Assembly (NCBI GenBank): GCA_030536365.1
Contig: JAUNQE010000001.1
Coordinates: 10,137-74,136 of the forward strand
Origin: Erysipelotrichaceae bacterium
GTDB taxonomy: Bacteria > Bacillota_I > Bacilli_A > Erysipelotrichales > Erysipelotrichaceae
Direction of reading: 5' to 3'
Length of the DNA stretch: 64,000 nucleotides
Shown in pieces: positions 62,012-64,000 of this stretch; position 1 is the first letter of the stretch; the number at the start of each line of letters is the position of its first letter. The notes beneath the pieces are model-generated. The model was not told the DNA's origin. It worked only from the letters and a program-made list of their open reading frames with translations, and did not search any database. Made by a program: the position numbers and the translations under genes.

Positions 62012-62554
62012 ATGTCACGTATCGGTAATAAAACGATTACCATTCCTGCCGGAGTTGAATTCACCATCTCCGACAGAAATGAGGTGACGGTAAAAGGTCC
62101 TAAGGGAACCTTAACGCGTCAGTTCAGCCCTCTGATCGAGATCAAGAATGAGGGTGGCACGATTCAGTGTGTCCGTGCCAATGAAGAAAAACACACAAAA
62201 CAGTTACACGGAACAACACGTGCTCTGTTAAACAACATGATCGTCGGTGTAACTGAAGGTTACTCCAAGGATCTGATCGTTGAAGGTATTGGTTACAACG
62301 TTCAGATGCAGGGTAATAAGCTTGTTATGCGTCTGGGTTTCTCCCATCAGATCGAATACACAGTCGAAGACGGTATCAAAGTTGAATGCCCGAAGCCGAC
62401 TGCAATCAAGGTCTCCGGCATCGACAAGCAGAGAGTCGGTGAAGTAGCAGCTAATATCCGCGCATTCCGTAAGCCGGAACCGTACAAGGGCAAGGGTATT
62501 CGCTATGCTGATGAGATCGTTCGTCGTAAGGAAGGCAAGACTGCCGGTAAATAG
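62012..62554 (+). CDS. rplF: 50S ribosomal protein L6
   Basis: 180 aa. [15 protein letters not shown]... Confidence 0.95.
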   Translation: MSRIGNKTITIPAGVEFTISDRNEVTVKGPKGTLTRQFSPLIEIKNEGGTIQCVRANEEKHTKQLHGTTRALLNNMIVGVTEGYSKDLIVEGIGYNVQMQGNKLVMRLGFSHQIEYTVEDGIKVECPKPTAIKVSGIDKQRVGEVAANIRAFRKPEPYKGKGIRYADEIVRRKEGKTAGK

Positions 62555-62571
62555 TGGGAAAGGAGTAAAAC

Positions 62572-62928
62572 ATGTTAAAAAAGATTTCTAAGAATGCAGA
62601 AAGACAAAGAAGACATGCACGTATCCGTAAAAAGATCAGTGGAACAGCATCCTGCCCACGCCTGAATGTCTTCCGTTCCAATAAGCACATCGCCTGCCAG
62701 GTCATCGATGATGTTGCCGGAAAAACGCTGGTTGCATGCTCCTCCAAAGAGCTCGGCCTCGAGATCGGCAGCAACATCAACGCTGCAGTAGAAGTAGGCA
62801 AGAAGATTGCTGAACGCGCTTTAGCAGCAAACATCGACACCGTCGTATTTGACCGTGGCGGTTACATCTATCACGGCAGAGTCAAGGCTCTGGCTGACGC
62901 GGCAAGAGAAGCCGGCTTGAAGTTCTAG
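62572..62928 (+). CDS. rplR: 50S ribosomal protein L18
   Basis: 118 aa; ...[24 protein letters not shown]... Confidence 0.95.
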   Translation: MLKKISKNAERQRRHARIRKKISGTASCPRLNVFRSNKHIACQVIDDVAGKTLVACSSKELGLEIGSNINAAVEVGKKIAERALAANIDTVVFDRGGYIYHGRVKALADAAREAGLKF

Positions 62929-62937
62929 GAGGAAACA

Positions 62938-63573
62938 ATGGACGAGAATAAAGTTGAAGCAGTTGAAGAAAAAACTGTAACTCCGGAAGCTGCAGCCGCT
63001 CCGGAAGCTGCTGAACAGGCACCTCGCGGAAACCGTCGCGATAACCGCAACCGTGGTCCGCGCCGTAACAACCCGCGTTTCGCTCGTGAACAGAAGGAAT
63101 TCGAAGAGAGAGTCGTTAAGATCTCCCGCGTTTCCAAGACTGTTAAGGGTGGACGTAAGATGCGTTTCTCCGCACTGGTCGTTATCGGTGACCGCAAGGG
63201 CAGAGTAGGCTATGGCCTCGGAAAGGCAAACGAAGTACCGGATGCTATCCGTAAAGCTCTGGATGATGCAAGAAAGAATGTTGTAAGAGTTCCGCTCGTA
63301 AACGGAAACCGTACTATCCCGCATACAGTTATCGGCACATATGGTGCAGGTGAAGTCATCCTTCGCCCGGCAACAGAAGGTACCGGTGTCGTTGCCGGCG
63401 GTACAGTCCGTGCAGTCATGGAACTTGCTGGTGTTACCGACGTCTTAGGCAAATGCCTGGGCAGCCGTACACCGATCAACGCAGTCCGCGCTACAATGGA
63501 AGCTGTCAAACAGTTAAAGACAGTCAACAGCGTTGCCAAGCTGCGTGAAAAGAAAGTCGAAGAGATTCGTTAA
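62938..63573 (+). CDS. rpsE: 30S ribosomal protein S5 (with an ~45-aa low-complexity N-terminal extension)
   Basis: 211 aa. The core starts at ...[18 protein letters not shown].. and is preceded by an A/E/R/N-rich extension. Confidence 0.95.
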   Translation: MDENKVEAVEEKTVTPEAAAAPEAAEQAPRGNRRDNRNRGPRRNNPRFAREQKEFEERVVKISRVSKTVKGGRKMRFSALVVIGDRKGRVGYGLGKANEVPDAIRKALDDARKNVVRVPLVNGNRTIPHTVIGTYGAGEVILRPATEGTGVVAGGTVRAVMELAGVTDVLGKCLGSRTPINAVRATMEAVKQLKTVNSVAKLREKKVEEIR

Positions 63574-63587
63574 GGGAGGTGCGGACA

Positions 63588-64000
63588 ATGAAATTAGAAG
63601 AATTAAAAGCTAATCCGGGCGCACGTAAAGACGTGAAACGAATCGGCCGCGGTCAGGGTTCCGGTAACGGCAAGACTGCAGGCAAGGGTCAGAAAGGTCA
63701 GCTTTCCCGTTCCGGCGGCGGTAAGGGTCCGGGATTCGAAGGCGGCCAGACTCCGATCTATAAGAGCATCCCGAAGCGCGGTTTCACTAACATCAACCGC
63801 AAAGAATATGCTATCGTCAATCTTTCCGATCTCAACCGTTTCGAGGACGGCGTAACTGTTACTCCGGAACTCTTAAAAGAAAGCGGTCTGGTTAAGAAAG
63901 AGTTAGCTGGTATCAAGATTTTAGGCAACGGCACTCTGGAAAAGAAAGTTTCCGTCGTTTGCCACAAGATCTCTTCCTCTGCCAAAGAGGCAATCGAAAA
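63588..64000 (+). CDS. rplO: 50S ribosomal protein L15 (3' end outside window)
   Basis: My own translation from ATG 63588 (GGGAGG RBS): [38 protein letters not shown]...[18 protein letters not shown]... The frame is open to the window edge and is absent from the ORF track because it has no stop. Confidence 0.9.
   Translation, partial: MKLEELKANPGARKDVKRIGRGQGSGNGKTAGKGQKGQLSRSGGGKGPGFEGGQTPIYKSIPKRGFTNINRKEYAIVNLSDLNRFEDGVTVTPELLKESGLVKKELAGIKILGNGTLEKKVSVVCHKISSSAKEAIE

Overview
This is a 64-kb chromosomal window from a Bacillota (Firmicutes)-type bacterium. Supporting signs are AGGAGG-type ribosome-binding sites, the S10/spc ribosomal operon order with a Zn-ribbon S14, PyrR/Upp, and a preQ1-I riboswitch. 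All calls rest on reading the translations and motifs from memory; no database search or computation was possible. I saw no rRNA, tRNA, CRISPR array, transposase, integrase or phage genes.

Positions 1-28.3 kb are a block of accessory catabolic operons, all on the + strand:
(A) ulaG' (truncated by the window edge), an esterase, then a tight four-gene unit: class II aldolase-family protein, AiiA-type MBL lactonase, UPF0261/Tm-1-like ATP-binding protein and a form IV RuBisCO-like protein (RLP).
(B) A Had/Fld-type reductive 2-hydroxyacid module: acyl-CoA dehydrogenase, EtfBA, dehydratase activase, dehydratase alpha and beta, family III CoA-transferase, acyl-CoA ligase, a GntR regulator and a CocE/NonD hydrolase.
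(C) A CUT2 sugar ABC transporter followed by a second, strongly diverged copy of the MBL / UPF0261 / aldolase-family triad, a GntR regulator, RpiB and a non-canonical TIM paralog.

Positions 28.3-54.6 kb are mixed housekeeping and accessory genes:
- an LtaS-like sulfatase, an orphan GcvT-family protein, an ASCH-GNAT fusion;
- a pyrR-DUF523(TudS-like)-uracil permease operon divergent from upp;
- RluA, an amino-acid ABC transporter;
- an acyl-adenylate ligase / E2-like acyltransferase / YbaK-like operon;
- PadR-DUF4097, glpK, a GH25 lysozyme, a DUF885 lipoprotein;
- MarR, a preQ1-I riboswitch with queT, ung, OsmC, and a degenerate PfkB-like protein.

Positions 54.8-64.0 kb hold rpsJ through rplO, with no rpmD (L30) gene.

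The best candidate for an undescribed system is the twice-occurring MBL-lactonase / UPF0261 / class II aldolase-family module. One copy is coupled to an RLP; the other is coupled to an ABC importer plus RpiB and a TIM paralog. I read this as a possible lactone or acid-sugar catabolic route in which UPF0261 serves as the kinase. That functional reading is inference only.
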